The translations under genes and the position numbers were made by a program. Of a stretch of DNA of 50,880 nucleotides, positions 8,463 to 17,745 are shown piece by piece; positions within the stretch are counted from its first letter, which is position 1, and each line of letters begins with the position of its first letter. The stretch lies in the IMG/VR virus record IMGVR_UViG_3300045988_175742, one strand, 5' to 3'. The notes beneath the pieces were generated by a model, which had not been told where the DNA came from, did not search any database, and worked only from the letters and a program-made list of their open reading frames with translations. The DNA is from a virus.

Positions 8463-8873
8463 ATGAAAGCGTTAAATTCGTTATTTACAGTTATATCAAT
8501 TTATATTATTGCATTATTTGTTTACAGTTGCATTTTGCAAGGTTTCTTAATTACCGTTACAAAAACAATAGATAAATTATCAAGATGCTTTGAAATTTTT
8601 ATAATTTTGTTTTTTTTAACAGCATTAGCAATCGTTGTGTTTTCTAAAGACATCAAAACTACTTTTCCTATAACTATAGCAATGTTTTCTTTAGGTGTTG
8701 CACTGCTAGCTTATGCTCATAGTGTAAGAAAATACGATTCAAGAAACATAGAATATTACTCTAATAAAGCTGATGAACTTGAATCATTGCATAAAGCAGG
8801 AATTATTGATGATGAAACTTATCAGAAGAAACTAGAAACACTAAAAACAAAATTCAAAAAAATAAAATACTGA
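8463..8873 (+). CDS. Multi-TM membrane protein with SHOCT-like C-terminus
   Basis: AAAGGAG RBS; three or four hydrophobic helices; C-terminal LHKAGIIDDETYQKKLETLK. Confidence 0.6.
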   Translation: MKALNSLFTVISIYIIALFVYSCILQGFLITVTKTIDKLSRCFEIFIILFFLTALAIVVFSKDIKTTFPITIAMFSLGVALLAYAHSVRKYDSRNIEYYSNKADELESLHKAGIIDDETYQKKLETLKTKFKKIKY

Positions 8874-8883
8874 GGTAATTCGA

Positions 8884-9642
8884 ATGAAGAATAGCTATGA
8901 TGAAACATTGTTATCAAAAAAATATATAGATATGTATGATTATAATTCTTTTTTTGAAGAGAATTTAGCATCTTTAAAACAACAAATTTCTGATGTTTCA
9001 GGTCCTTTGTTAAACGATTATGCCAAACAGTTAGTTGAAGCGTTTAATAATAATTTGGCTAGTTCCGATGATTTTAAACATTTTTCAAATGTGATTGATT
9101 CACTTAAAAAATCAAATATCTGTATTTCTTCTGAATATATATCTGAGATATCTAAATCATTCATATCAAATATTGATTTTTCTTCAATTAACGACTCGTT
9201 AAGCAAAAACATAGAAATAATTCGATCTATCCTCAATGCTGATGAAACTGATAAATCAAAAATTGATGATATTGATTTTAACATTCCATTTCCAAATGAT
9301 ATATCTGTTGCTGAAATGAAAGCCGAAATAAATGGCGAAGAATATAAAGAACCAAGAATAAAATATTTTATCCCACCTGTTTTATTTGAAATGATGTCTT
9401 TTATAAAAGATCCTGTAAAAGCAGCAGAAGTACTCAACCAATTTCTACTATTTGGAAATAAGTCAATGACAACCGAATTAAAGGCCATGATATACCAAAA
9501 AATCGGTGGGGAAATTGTATCCTTGATTATTAACGGTATGTTTGTCATAGCTTTTCGTCTTATATTGTTAATTCTTGGAATTTTTCTATATGATAATGTT
9601 ATTTATAAAAAATTTATTGAATACAAAAATAAATGTAAATAA
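8884..9642 (+). CDS. Hypothetical protein with C-terminal TM segments
   Basis: 252-aa ORF, GAGGTAA RBS; lies in the lysogeny-expressed block. Confidence 0.6.
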   Translation: MKNSYDETLLSKKYIDMYDYNSFFEENLASLKQQISDVSGPLLNDYAKQLVEAFNNNLASSDDFKHFSNVIDSLKKSNICISSEYISEISKSFISNIDFSSINDSLSKNIEIIRSILNADETDKSKIDDIDFNIPFPNDISVAEMKAEINGEEYKEPRIKYFIPPVLFEMMSFIKDPVKAAEVLNQFLLFGNKSMTTELKAMIYQKIGGEIVSLIINGMFVIAFRLILLILGIFLYDNVIYKKFIEYKNKCK

Positions 9643-9816
9643 CTAACTTTTATTTTCAATATTCATAATAGCAAATAAGACAAAGCATAAAATAATAACT
9701 GTCAAATTACTCGTTTTAATAGCTATATTGAGTAAACAAAAATATATTATAAAAAATTTGGTTTGCTTTCTAAAAATTTGAAGTAATGAAGAAAAAAATG
9801 ATGCAATTAATTTCAT
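9643..9816 (-). CDS. Small membrane protein (57 aa), tentative
   Basis: GGAAGGGTGG RBS; MKLIASFFSSLLQIF...; convergent with 8884..9642. Confidence 0.3.
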   Translation of the reverse strand: MKLIASFFSSLLQIFRKQTKFFIIYFCLLNIAIKTSNLTVIILCFVLFAIMNIENKS

Positions 9817-9903
9817 ACTTATACCACCCTTCCTTGATATAAGTATAGCTAATATATGGTATCAATTCAAATTATAAAAATATTAAGAAAAGAGGAAAAA
9901 CAA

Positions 9904-10359
9904 ATGAAAAAATTATTAAGTCTAGTATTAATTGGAGCTTTAGCTCTATCTCTAACTGCATGTGGAAATAGCGATCCAAAAGACAAAACAACATCTAAAG
10001 AAACAACTACAACAAAAAAAGAAGAAAAGAAAGAACCTTTAAATTTAACAGGGACTTGGAAATCAGATGAAAATGAGGGCACATGGATGGAAGCTACAAT
10101 TTCTGATAACGTTATTTCTATCGATTGGGTGACGGATGAAGGAAAAACAAAAGCAACTTATTGGGTTGGTTCATATGATGCTCCTACTACTGCCACTAGT
10201 GAATATTCATGGGTATCTAATAATGACCATGAAAAAACTAAAAATGCACTATTAGCTTCAAATGATGATACAAAAGAATTTACATATAAAAATGATATTC
10301 TTTCATTTACCGCTTCTATGCAAGGTGTCAGCAAAGTAGTTGAACTAAAGAAACAATAA
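9904..10359 (+). CDS. Lipoprotein (lipobox LTAC); candidate superinfection-exclusion protein
   Basis: MKKLLSLVLIGALALSLTAC-GNSD; sits between repressor and integrase like Ltp-type proteins. Confidence 0.7.
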   Translation: MKKLLSLVLIGALALSLTACGNSDPKDKTTSKETTTTKKEEKKEPLNLTGTWKSDENEGTWMEATISDNVISIDWVTDEGKTKATYWVGSYDAPTTATSEYSWVSNNDHEKTKNALLASNDDTKEFTYKNDILSFTASMQGVSKVVELKKQ

Positions 10360-10360
10360 T

Positions 10361-10552
10361 ATGAAAAATACCAACCACGATAAAAACCTAGATTACATTT
10401 ATGATAATCATCCTGAAATATTAGATGATTATATAGATGCCTATGAAAATTCAATATTAGCTGTTGATCATACTGTCAGTCCTGAAGATATGATTGATAT
10501 AACTGAAATGATTATAGCTTTTGAAAAAGAAAAAGCATTGAAGCTTAATTAA
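10361..10552 (+). CDS. Small acidic hypothetical protein
   Basis: 63-aa ORF 1 nt after the lipoprotein stop. Confidence 0.5.
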   Translation: MKNTNHDKNLDYIYDNHPEILDDYIDAYENSILAVDHTVSPEDMIDITEMIIAFEKEKALKLN

Positions 10553-10610
10553 ATATATTACGCCTGTTTATATCCATAGGCGTTTTATTATACGAAAGGA
10601 GACGTGATTT

Positions 10611-11783
10611 ATGTCAAAAGCAAGAAAAATCAAGAAAAAAGATGGTAAATATACATATGAAGTAAATGAAGTTGTTGGTAAAAATGAAAATGGAAATCCT
10701 AAAAGGATTTATGCTTATGGTGCTACTTTAAAAGAAGCAAAAGAAAATTTAAAAATCAAGCTTGATGCGTATAATCGAATGGGATATCAGAATCTTCAAA
10801 ATAAAATGACTGTAAATGAACTGTATGATTACTGGTTGAAAAATGAAGCAATAAACAAATCGTTAAAAGAAAATACAATGCATGGATATACAGGGGTTTA
10901 CAACAATCATATTAAGCCTTGTTTAGGCCATTTATATTTAAAAGATATAAATGTCATGGTGGTTCAAAACTTTATTACAGAAGCATCTGAACACCTAACT
11001 AAATACATTATGAAAAATGTTCATATCGTTTTAGGACAAATGCTTCGTTTAGCATTTGATCAAGGATTTATAGCTAATAATCCATATCTCTATATCAGGA
11101 AGAAAAAATATAAAAAAGATAAATGTTTAAATTATGAATTGCCAGATGAAGATACCTTGAGGCTAATCCCTACCCTATTCCATGAAACTGATCCAGAATA
11201 TATTTCTTTCTACATTGCACTCTATACCGGAGCAAGATGTTCTGAAATATTCGGTTTGACATGGGATGATGTTGATTTTGAAAAGCGCACATTAGATATC
11301 AATAAGCAAATAAGTGAAATTGGTGGTATTCATGAAATTGCAACAAAAACCCCTACATCGATTAGAAATATTAAAGTTTCTAATGATTTGATAGAAATGT
11401 TAAAAAAGTATAAGTCTAATTTGGATAAATTTGCCCTTCTCTACGGTAAAACATTTGGAGGGGGTAAATATGTATGTAGTGATTCAAAAGGTTATCTAAA
11501 GCGACCTAGCTACGTTAGAAGAAATATCCAAAAGAAGCTTAAACCATACAACAAGGAATTTAGATTTCATACATTGAGACACTTCTATGCAACTAAAGCA
11601 CTAGAAGCTGGAACAAATGTCAAAGCAGTATCAAGAAGACTTGGTCATGCCTCGGTTCAAGTAACCTTAGATAGATATGTAACATTCACTCCTGAAATGG
11701 ATGATGAAGCAGTAGATATTTTTGATGGTGTTATAAATGATTTCTTTTCAGAGAAAAAAACTCGAAAATCTACTCCGCAATAA
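10611..11783 (+). CDS. int: Tyrosine integrase
   Basis: 390 aa; ALYTGARCSEI (Arg), HTLRHFYAT (H-x-x-R), LGHASVQVTLDRYV (His...Tyr). Confidence 0.92.
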   Translation: MSKARKIKKKDGKYTYEVNEVVGKNENGNPKRIYAYGATLKEAKENLKIKLDAYNRMGYQNLQNKMTVNELYDYWLKNEAINKSLKENTMHGYTGVYNNHIKPCLGHLYLKDINVMVVQNFITEASEHLTKYIMKNVHIVLGQMLRLAFDQGFIANNPYLYIRKKKYKKDKCLNYELPDEDTLRLIPTLFHETDPEYISFYIALYTGARCSEIFGLTWDDVDFEKRTLDINKQISEIGGIHEIATKTPTSIRNIKVSNDLIEMLKKYKSNLDKFALLYGKTFGGGKYVCSDSKGYLKRPSYVRRNIQKKLKPYNKEFRFHTLRHFYATKALEAGTNVKAVSRRLGHASVQVTLDRYVTFTPEMDDEAVDIFDGVINDFFSEKKTRKSTPQ

Positions 11784-11800
11784 TAGCTAGTTACGCAAAC

Positions 11801-11811
11801 ATTCCGCAATT
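11801..11811. repeat. ATTCCGCAATT, inverted copy at 12065..12076; related TCCGCAAT/TCCGCATT at 11774 and 12048; candidate integrase-binding sites in attP
   Basis: Read directly in the int-proximal non-coding region. Confidence 0.45.
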
Positions 11812-11930
11812 TTATAATAAAACAGTATAAAAAGATATAAACAAATATGAAATAAAATGTATATGTGGAGAGTGATTTCTTCACATTTTTCTATTACAAT
11901 ATAAAATTATATAAAAAAGTATGTTTTAAC

Positions 11931-11965
11931 ATGCCCGATACGAAATCGAAAATCGGGCATTTTTA
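11931..11965 (+). terminator. Rho-independent terminator after int
   Basis: ATGCCCGAT-loop-ATCGGGCAT followed by TTTTT. Confidence 0.75.
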
Positions 11966-12064
11966 GTTTTCAATCTCTCAAAAATATTGATATTACTAGC
12001 TTTGTGTTTAATAATGGAGCTCATTTTTCACTTAATTACGCATATACTCCGCATTTTTATTTCA

Positions 12065-12076
12065 AATTGCGGAATT
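12065..12076. repeat. AATTGCGGAATT, reverse complement of 11801..11811
   Basis: Read directly. Confidence 0.45.
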
Positions 12077-12174
12077 AATAATATTTTTTCAGTCGTTTTA
12101 AAAAACATTTGGGTCGTTATTGATTTCATTTTTCACGAGTTAGTTGTAAGCTGATAAAGATCAGGAGGAGTTAT

Positions 12175-12510
12175 ATGGCACTTAATAATGTTTACAACTA
12201 TATTAGAAAATACATAGATAGGAATTTTAGTAAAAGATTAAATGTGTATGCAAATTATGAATGTGATGACATGATAGAAGAATGCGTAATGATGATAGAT
12301 TATTATGATCATGATTGTCCTGCATACGTCTATTACACAGAAATCAACAACATTATCATATTTAATGATTTTGATGTTGCATTATGTAATGCGTACCCAG
12401 CTCAATCTCATTTTTTTGAGACAACACTTGATAGAGTACTAGATATCTTAATAATGCAAGATACTTTGATTAATGATGATATTGAGGTACTGAATGAATT
12501 TATAAATTAA
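12175..12510 (+). CDS. Hypothetical cargo protein
   Basis: 111-aa ORF, AGGAGGAG RBS. Confidence 0.6.
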   Translation: MALNNVYNYIRKYIDRNFSKRLNVYANYECDDMIEECVMMIDYYDHDCPAYVYYTEINNIIIFNDFDVALCNAYPAQSHFFETTLDRVLDILIMQDTLINDDIEVLNEFIN

Positions 12511-12742
12511 AAAGTTCCCTAGTTAATAGGAGAACTTTTATTTTAAAAATGTTTGGCAAAACCAAATTATAAACATTACACATGAAACCATTCCTAAAAT
12601 GGTACAAGTTTTTAGAACAATTTTAAAAAATATTTTTTTAGCTCGTACCATTTTATACTGTTTCATATCGTGTTATTCCACAACTTTTATTGAAATAATC
12701 CCCTATATATAATAAGGATATAAAAATTTGAAAAAACACATA

Positions 12743-12783
12743 AAAAAAGAACCTACTCAAATCAATGAGTAGGTCTTTCTGTT
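12743..12783. terminator. Bidirectional-looking hairpin ACCTACTCA-aatcaa-TGAGTAGGT flanked by A- and T-runs
   Basis: 9-bp stem; same CCTACTC/GAGTAGG stem as the hairpin at 14643..14662. Confidence 0.55.
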
Positions 12784-12936
12784 TGGTTAATAAAATAAAG
12801 TTGTAGATTTTTTTGAAGAATAGATAATATTACATTTGCTTTTTCTGTTAACTAATTGAATGTGTATGTGAATTTGTGCATTTATGATGTCTATAATATA
12901 AAAAATAACGATAAACCGCTATTTTTATATTAACTT

Positions 12937-12952
12937 TAACGGTATACCGTTA
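12937..12952. promoter_or_regulatory. Perfect 16-bp palindrome TAACGGTATACCGTTA abutting a TATAAT box
   Basis: Read directly, about 50 bp upstream of ORF 13005. Confidence 0.5.
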
Positions 12953-13004
12953 TATAATATAAGTGTAATAAGAAAGGTAGTCCAAAGGACATAGGTAAAA
13001 GAAA

Positions 13005-13322
13005 ATGAACACACTAGAACAAAGAGCACATGACTTCGCAAATGAAATGGTACATAAATGTTTAAAAGAAGGAAGAAACGTATCAATTGGAATCACAAGA
13101 AAACAAGCAAACGTTGTCTTTGCTTGTAACAAACAAGGTAAAATTCATGTCAGCAAAGAAGTTATCTCTGCTGTTTACGATCTAGCTGATGTTTATTATA
13201 AAAAAAGTTTCTACAATCAAGCTGGTACTTACGTTGATAAAATAGTAACTGCTGTTCAAGCAATTTTCAACAATGAATATGAAATTGCTCAATATTTATT
13301 AGAAAGTGCTGTAGAAGATTAA
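13005..13322 (+). CDS. Hypothetical cargo protein
   Basis: 105-aa ORF. Confidence 0.6.
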   Translation: MNTLEQRAHDFANEMVHKCLKEGRNVSIGITRKQANVVFACNKQGKIHVSKEVISAVYDLADVYYKKSFYNQAGTYVDKIVTAVQAIFNNEYEIAQYLLESAVED

Positions 13323-13340
13323 AAAAAGAGGTGAAGAAAA

Positions 13341-13958
13341 ATGGAACATAATTATATTGAAGATTTACTTTTTTTTAAAAAAAATGCAGTTGAAAATATT
13401 ATTTCTACTGCAAATTGGGATATTGAAAACTACTTCGAAATGAAAGATGAAGCGGCAGAAGATGAAGATATCAATTTTGAAGAAAATGAAGATTGCGAAG
13501 AATACGGTCGAGATTATAGATTTGATGAAGGTGAAGTTGAAGATGCAATTAATTTTTTGTTTTATTATGAAGAATGTCTTCCTGATGATACTGATAAAGC
13601 AATAAATGACTATAGAAAATATGATGATCAACTTGCTGATGCTCAATCAAAATTAAGACATATTGAAAAGAAAATAAATATGTTAGTTAAAGATTTCAAT
13701 CTTGAAAATTATAGAATTGAAACTTCTAGAAAATCAATCAGCACATATCTATATATTCCATACACTCAAAGGAACATGGAAATGGTTATGAATGAAACTG
13801 ACGATGCCGATTACTATGAAGATATGGATGATGAAGAGCTAGAAGATTTAAAAGAATTATGTATCAGATTCAGCGATCACGACACTGGTTCTTACTGGGA
13901 TGAAGAGTGGGGTGACGTATCATATGATGATAGTTACGCAAAAATTGAAATCAATTAG
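13341..13958 (+). CDS. Very acidic (D/E-rich) hypothetical protein
   Basis: 205 aa, GAGGTGAAG RBS; long D/E runs. Confidence 0.65.
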   Translation: MEHNYIEDLLFFKKNAVENIISTANWDIENYFEMKDEAAEDEDINFEENEDCEEYGRDYRFDEGEVEDAINFLFYYEECLPDDTDKAINDYRKYDDQLADAQSKLRHIEKKINMLVKDFNLENYRIETSRKSISTYLYIPYTQRNMEMVMNETDDADYYEDMDDEELEDLKELCIRFSDHDTGSYWDEEWGDVSYDDSYAKIEIN

Positions 13959-13972
13959 AAAGGATGATAATA

Positions 13973-14179
13973 ATGAAACTATTGGATTTAACTGATAAAA
14001 CAATTGCTCAACTTGTTAGAGAAACAGGAATTTCTCGCTCAACTCTGGTGGATATTATTAAAGGCAATACAGAATTTAAAAGCACATCAGTGGAAAATGG
14101 AATGAAAATTTCTGAAGCTTTAAATCTAACTATAGAGGAATTATACAATAAAATTTATAATTTGAAGGAGGAAAAATAA
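13973..14179 (+). CDS. Small XRE-type HTH protein
   Basis: IAQLVRETGISRSTLVDIIKGN HTH; stop overlaps the next start (ATAATG). Confidence 0.7.
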   Translation: MKLLDLTDKTIAQLVRETGISRSTLVDIIKGNTEFKSTSVENGMKISEALNLTIEELYNKIYNLKEEK

Positions 14180-14634
14180 TGAACGGAATATTAGAATTTA
14201 TCAAAGAAGTATGTGAGGATCTATGTATCTCTATACCTGATAGTATAGTTACAGATGATAAAAAATTCAATCAAGGTACTCAACTAGCTACATTGGTTTA
14301 TGAAAATGAAAAATCAATTCTGTATTTAAGAACCAAATATGAATACGGTGATGTTGATATGGCATTTGCTATCGCGCATGAATTAAGACATAAATATCAA
14401 ATCGATACACATGTCTTTGATTTTGATAATTATAAAACTAGCGATAAGCTTTCTATAAGAGAGTATAATCTTCAAAGCGAAGAAGTAGATGCCAATGCTT
14501 ACGCATACATCGTTTTGCTAGATTTTTTCAAATTAAAAGTTGATTTCAAATTACTTTTAAAAGATGATGCTGTTGCTGATGTAATTATGAAACGTGTAGA
14601 TGTTATCATTGAAAACGAATACGAATATGAATAA
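14179..14634 (+). CDS. ImmA/IrrE-like metallopeptidase-domain protein (second copy)
   Basis: AIAHELRHKYQ (HExxH) and SEEVDANAYAYIVL. Confidence 0.6.
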   Translation: MNGILEFIKEVCEDLCISIPDSIVTDDKKFNQGTQLATLVYENEKSILYLRTKYEYGDVDMAFAIAHELRHKYQIDTHVFDFDNYKTSDKLSIREYNLQSEEVDANAYAYIVLLDFFKLKVDFKLLLKDDAVADVIMKRVDVIIENEYEYE

Positions 14635-14635
14635 A

Positions 14636-14670
14636 TAAAAAACCTACTCTTGATTGAGTAGGCTTTTTTT
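14636..14670. terminator. Bidirectional terminator between the convergent cargo operon and lysis genes
   Basis: A-run, CCTACTC-ttgatt-GAGTAGG, T7. Confidence 0.75.
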
Positions 14671-14773
14671 AATGTAAAATATTCAATTGTTTTTTTGACG
14701 TCGAATTATTTAACCAAAGTATGGATTGGTTATAATACAATTAAATTTTTACAACTTTAATTATACTATTTAA

Positions 14774-14962
14774 TTATTCGCTGTAAACTCCCCACTGCTC
14801 ATTCATTTCTTCAATCTGATATTGATATTTCAAATTTTCTTGTTTTAATTTCTCAATTTGATTATCTTTTTCGATAATTTGAAAATGATGTTGAGTATTT
14901 TTGGCAAGTAAACAAACAATCAATAAAAGTAATACAATGATAATAATCTTTAGTTTTTCCAT
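14774..14962 (-). CDS. Small TM plus coiled-coil protein downstream of the endolysin
   Basis: MEKLKIIIIVLLLLIVCLLA... last gene of the lysis cassette. Confidence 0.5.
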   Translation of the reverse strand: MEKLKIIIIVLLLLIVCLLAKNTQHHFQIIEKDNQIEKLKQENLKYQYQIEEMNEQWGVYSE

Positions 14963-14963
14963 T

Positions 14964-15944
14964 CTAAACACCCATTAATTTCAAAATAGTGTTTCTTCCT
15001 GCAATTCCATCAACTTTCAATCCTCTATCTGATTGGAATTGTTTTACTGCAGCTTCTAGCCCACCGCCAAATTGACCTGGACATTCAACACCATCAGGAT
15101 CATATCCTCTACACATTAACGCAATTTCTACTGCTGTAACCATGTATTGAGTTTCTTTACGTTTGACATAATGTTGACCTAAAGCAGCTTTACTATTTTT
15201 ACCAAAAGCACCATCAACTTTTAAGTTTTTGCCATAGTCCAAATTAATAGCATGTTGGAAGCATCTAGCAATATTTGCTCGAGTCTTAGGACCATATGCA
15301 CCATCAGTTGCAATTGAATGACCTGTAAAATTGATTGAATGTTGTTGACCTCTTGAAATAATACTGTCTAAGTTGTCATTTTTAGCTGCAGATGGAGTAG
15401 CAGTAGATGTCCCTAGATTTCCAACAGTTGAATTAACAATATTATTTTTAAAATTTTTCCAAACATTGTCATCTAAAAGTCCATTACAATTAGGACATAA
15501 TTTACCATTTACATCATAATGACGATAAACATGATCAATATCAATGTTATATTTTTTCATCAACGCACGTGCTAATGCATATACATTTTCTAATGTCTTA
15601 TCGGTAATTTCAACAACACCATTTTTATTGGAATCACACATTTCAATCGACAATGAATTACTGTTAGTGATGATTTGATACATTGGATGATGAGCCGATT
15701 GACACTTACCACCAACACTATAAGCTACGTAATCATCTGGAACTGAATGTGTAACTGAATCATCATCAACAAAGTAATGGGCAGAAGCTTTAACTACGTT
15801 GTTAGCAAAATATTTTCCATTTGCTTCATCACTATCTCCATCATTACTTGTATAATGAATGACTAAATATTTAATTTTTGATAAATCTCTTTTTGAACCA
15901 TAATTAGCTTTATTCGCTAAATGTTCTTTCATAACATAACTCAT
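14964..15944 (-). CDS. Endolysin: N-acetylmuramoyl-L-alanine amidase (Amidase_2/PGRP) plus PG_binding_1 repeats
   Basis: YLVIHYTSN...HYFVDD...SIEMC...HYDVNGKLCP; C-terminal DGAYGPKT, VDGAFGKNS, VDGIAGRNT. Confidence 0.9.
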   Translation of the reverse strand: MSYVMKEHLANKANYGSKRDLSKIKYLVIHYTSNDGDSDEANGKYFANNVVKASAHYFVDDDSVTHSVPDDYVAYSVGGKCQSAHHPMYQIITNSNSLSIEMCDSNKNGVVEITDKTLENVYALARALMKKYNIDIDHVYRHYDVNGKLCPNCNGLLDDNVWKNFKNNIVNSTVGNLGTSTATPSAAKNDNLDSIISRGQQHSINFTGHSIATDGAYGPKTRANIARCFQHAINLDYGKNLKVDGAFGKNSKAALGQHYVKRKETQYMVTAVEIALMCRGYDPDGVECPGQFGGGLEAAVKQFQSDRGLKVDGIAGRNTILKLMGV

Positions 15945-15979
15945 ATGCTATTTCCTCCTTTTTTTAAATAAAAAGAGAG

Positions 15980-16225
15980 CTATTCACTCTCTTTCTCTAA
16001 TTCCTCTTTGATTTCATCAATTCTTTTCCATATTGCTTTAGTTTCACGCTCTTGAAGCGCCATACGTTCAACTACGTTATTGTGCTTTTCAACTTTTTTT
16101 GTCAGCTCATCAATACGATAATTCATTAATGTATTAGCTTTATTGTTTGAAAACATTGTAGTGATTACACTAGGCACAGCTACACATAGACCAGAAATCA
16201 AAGCAACTGTAACTGCTTCTGTCAT
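15980..16225 (-). CDS. Holin-like protein (N-terminal TM plus coiled coil, BhlA/UviB-like)
   Basis: 81 aa; position between holin and endolysin. Confidence 0.55.
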   Translation of the reverse strand: MTEAVTVALISGLCVAVPSVITTMFSNNKANTLMNYRIDELTKKVEKHNNVVERMALQERETKAIWKRIDEIKEELEKESE

Positions 16226-16237
16226 ATGATTTCACTC

Positions 16238-16471
16238 CTAACCTTCATCTACAATTTCTTCCAACTCTGGAAGTCCTGCAACGCTTGTTAGAATAGAAAC
16301 CACACCCGATAGACAACTTGCACTGATGATCATTGCCCAGTTGACTTCATTCATCACTGTAGACGTTCCAATTAACGCAACTGCTGTTTGAGCTACTGTT
16401 TTGATTGCTCTAATACCTGCAGCTTTCAACCATTGATTAAAATCATATTTTTTAACTTTCAATTCAATCAC
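16238..16471 (-). CDS. Holin
   Basis: 77 aa, two TM helices, acidic C-terminus; upstream of the endolysin (start may be TTG 16462). Confidence 0.7.
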   Translation of the reverse strand: MIELKVKKYDFNQWLKAAGIRAIKTVAQTAVALIGTSTVMNEVNWAMIISASCLSGVVSILTSVAGLPELEEIVDEG

Positions 16472-16506
16472 CCTTTCTAGATAGTTTTAAGCCGTGTCCA
16501 GGGCAT

Positions 16507-16528
16507 CAAAAAAAGGACTTTCGTCCTT
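16507..16528 (-). terminator. Terminator after the fibre-tip paralog cassette
   Basis: Minus strand AAGGAC-gaaa-GTCCTT followed by T7. Confidence 0.65.
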
Positions 16529-16531
16529 TAA

Positions 16532-16906
16532 TTATTTGCTTTTTGTATATTTCAATATTGCATATCCTGTAGCATCAGCAAAACCATTTGATTGTCCAAC
16601 TTGCAATATTAAATTTTTTTTAGTTACCTGAATAGAAATACCATCATGATCTTGATCTTTATGTGCCCTCGGTATCATGTGATTTGTTTCATCGCTAGTT
16701 TTCATAAATAAATCACAACTCAATACACTGTATAAATTTGATATATTATGTGCTACATATACATCATTGCTATCAAACCCACTTACGAGTATTACTTTGC
16801 AATATATTTTCTTACCATCAATCCATTGCATCCCTGTTTCCTGTTCTTTTAAAGAAAACTTAAGATTTAATAATGTATTTCCATTTGCATTAACAAATTG
16901 AGACAT
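16532..16906 (-). CDS. Small fibre-tip/receptor-binding-like protein, paralog of 17845..18219
   Basis: Shared NGNxLLNL...TGxxWIDGKKIY...ISNL...YTKS framework. Confidence 0.6.
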   Translation of the reverse strand: MSQFVNANGNTLLNLKFSLKEQETGMQWIDGKKIYCKVILVSGFDSNDVYVAHNISNLYSVLSCDLFMKTSDETNHMIPRAHKDQDHDGISIQVTKKNLILQVGQSNGFADATGYAILKYTKSK

Positions 16907-16926
16907 AAGTTCCTATTTGCTAGCAA

Positions 16927-17283
16927 TCAGTATCCTATTACTTGATATATCGTTCCTTCAACAGCAGTTATATATGCTCCTCCAACAACTTTAGTACATC
17001 CGCTTACTGTGACATTTTTTCCTTTGAAAGTAAGTGTCATTTCATAAATTGCAACATCAGTACCATTACTTGTATGAGCATCTGATAAATGTACACTGCT
17101 GCTTACTTTCAATGGAATTCTTGTACTTTTAGGATTAATCCAGTTATGACTTTTATAGAATATCTCTAGATAGTCATAATTGGATATATCATCATTTAAT
17201 GTAAAATCACTTTGAGTTGCGCCATCAAATAATATTGTTCCAATTGGAATTTTAGTTCCATCATTTTTAACAAACTTTCCCAT
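16927..17283 (-). CDS. Small fibre-associated protein, paralog of 17310..17642
   Basis: Shared MxKFVxxxG...TLNDD...VIG(R)Y framework. Confidence 0.6.
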   Translation of the reverse strand: MGKFVKNDGTKIPIGTILFDGATQSDFTLNDDISNYDYLEIFYKSHNWINPKSTRIPLKVSSSVHLSDAHTSNGTDVAIYEMTLTFKGKNVTVSGCTKVVGGAYITAVEGTIYQVIGY

Positions 17284-17309
17284 ATCATGAGAATAGCTTT
17301 TATCTATGG

Positions 17310-17642
17310 CTAATATCTTCCAATAACTTTTGTAACAGTTGTACCTTGATTGTTAGATGAATTTGTCCATCTGCAATTATCAATGTGTAACAGTTTTGAT
17401 GATTGAGTATATTTAAAGGACATATTAGTAACAGTCCAGTTGTTGACAACACCAGAATATACGATTGTACCATCAATAATTGGTGCAATAACTGCGCTAT
17501 CATCACTGATTATGATTAGCTCTTTAAATTTCAAAGCATCATCATTTAATGTTAAATCGTGCCCATAACCAAAGTGACTACCACTCCATAAAACAACATC
17601 AGCATTGATTTCATCCCCGTTAGAATTAACAAATTTAGCCAT
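17310..17642 (-). CDS. Small fibre-associated protein, paralog of 16927..17283
   Basis: AGAGGTG RBS before MAKFVNSNG. Confidence 0.6.
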   Translation of the reverse strand: MAKFVNSNGDEINADVVLWSGSHFGYGHDLTLNDDALKFKELIIISDDSAVIAPIIDGTIVYSGVVNNWTVTNMSFKYTQSSKLLHIDNCRWTNSSNNQGTTVTKVIGRY

Positions 17643-17715
17643 AAATAACACCTCTTTTTAAAGAAGTACAGCTATTCAACTGCACCTCCTTTTTTAGAGA
17701 TAATAGGTAAAAGGA

Positions 17716-17745
17716 TACTGTTTTTACTATTGCTAGTAAACAGTA
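17716..17745 (-). promoter_or_regulatory. Strong hairpin (8+4 bp, GCAA loop) immediately downstream of the G9 tract
   Basis: Minus strand TACTGTTTACTA-GCAA-TAGTAAAAACAGTA followed by TCCTTTT. Confidence 0.55.

Noticed and set aside
9018-9548. 176-aa minus-strand ORF
   Set aside because: It lies entirely antisense within 8884..9642, which has a proper RBS, operon context and a more protein-like composition.
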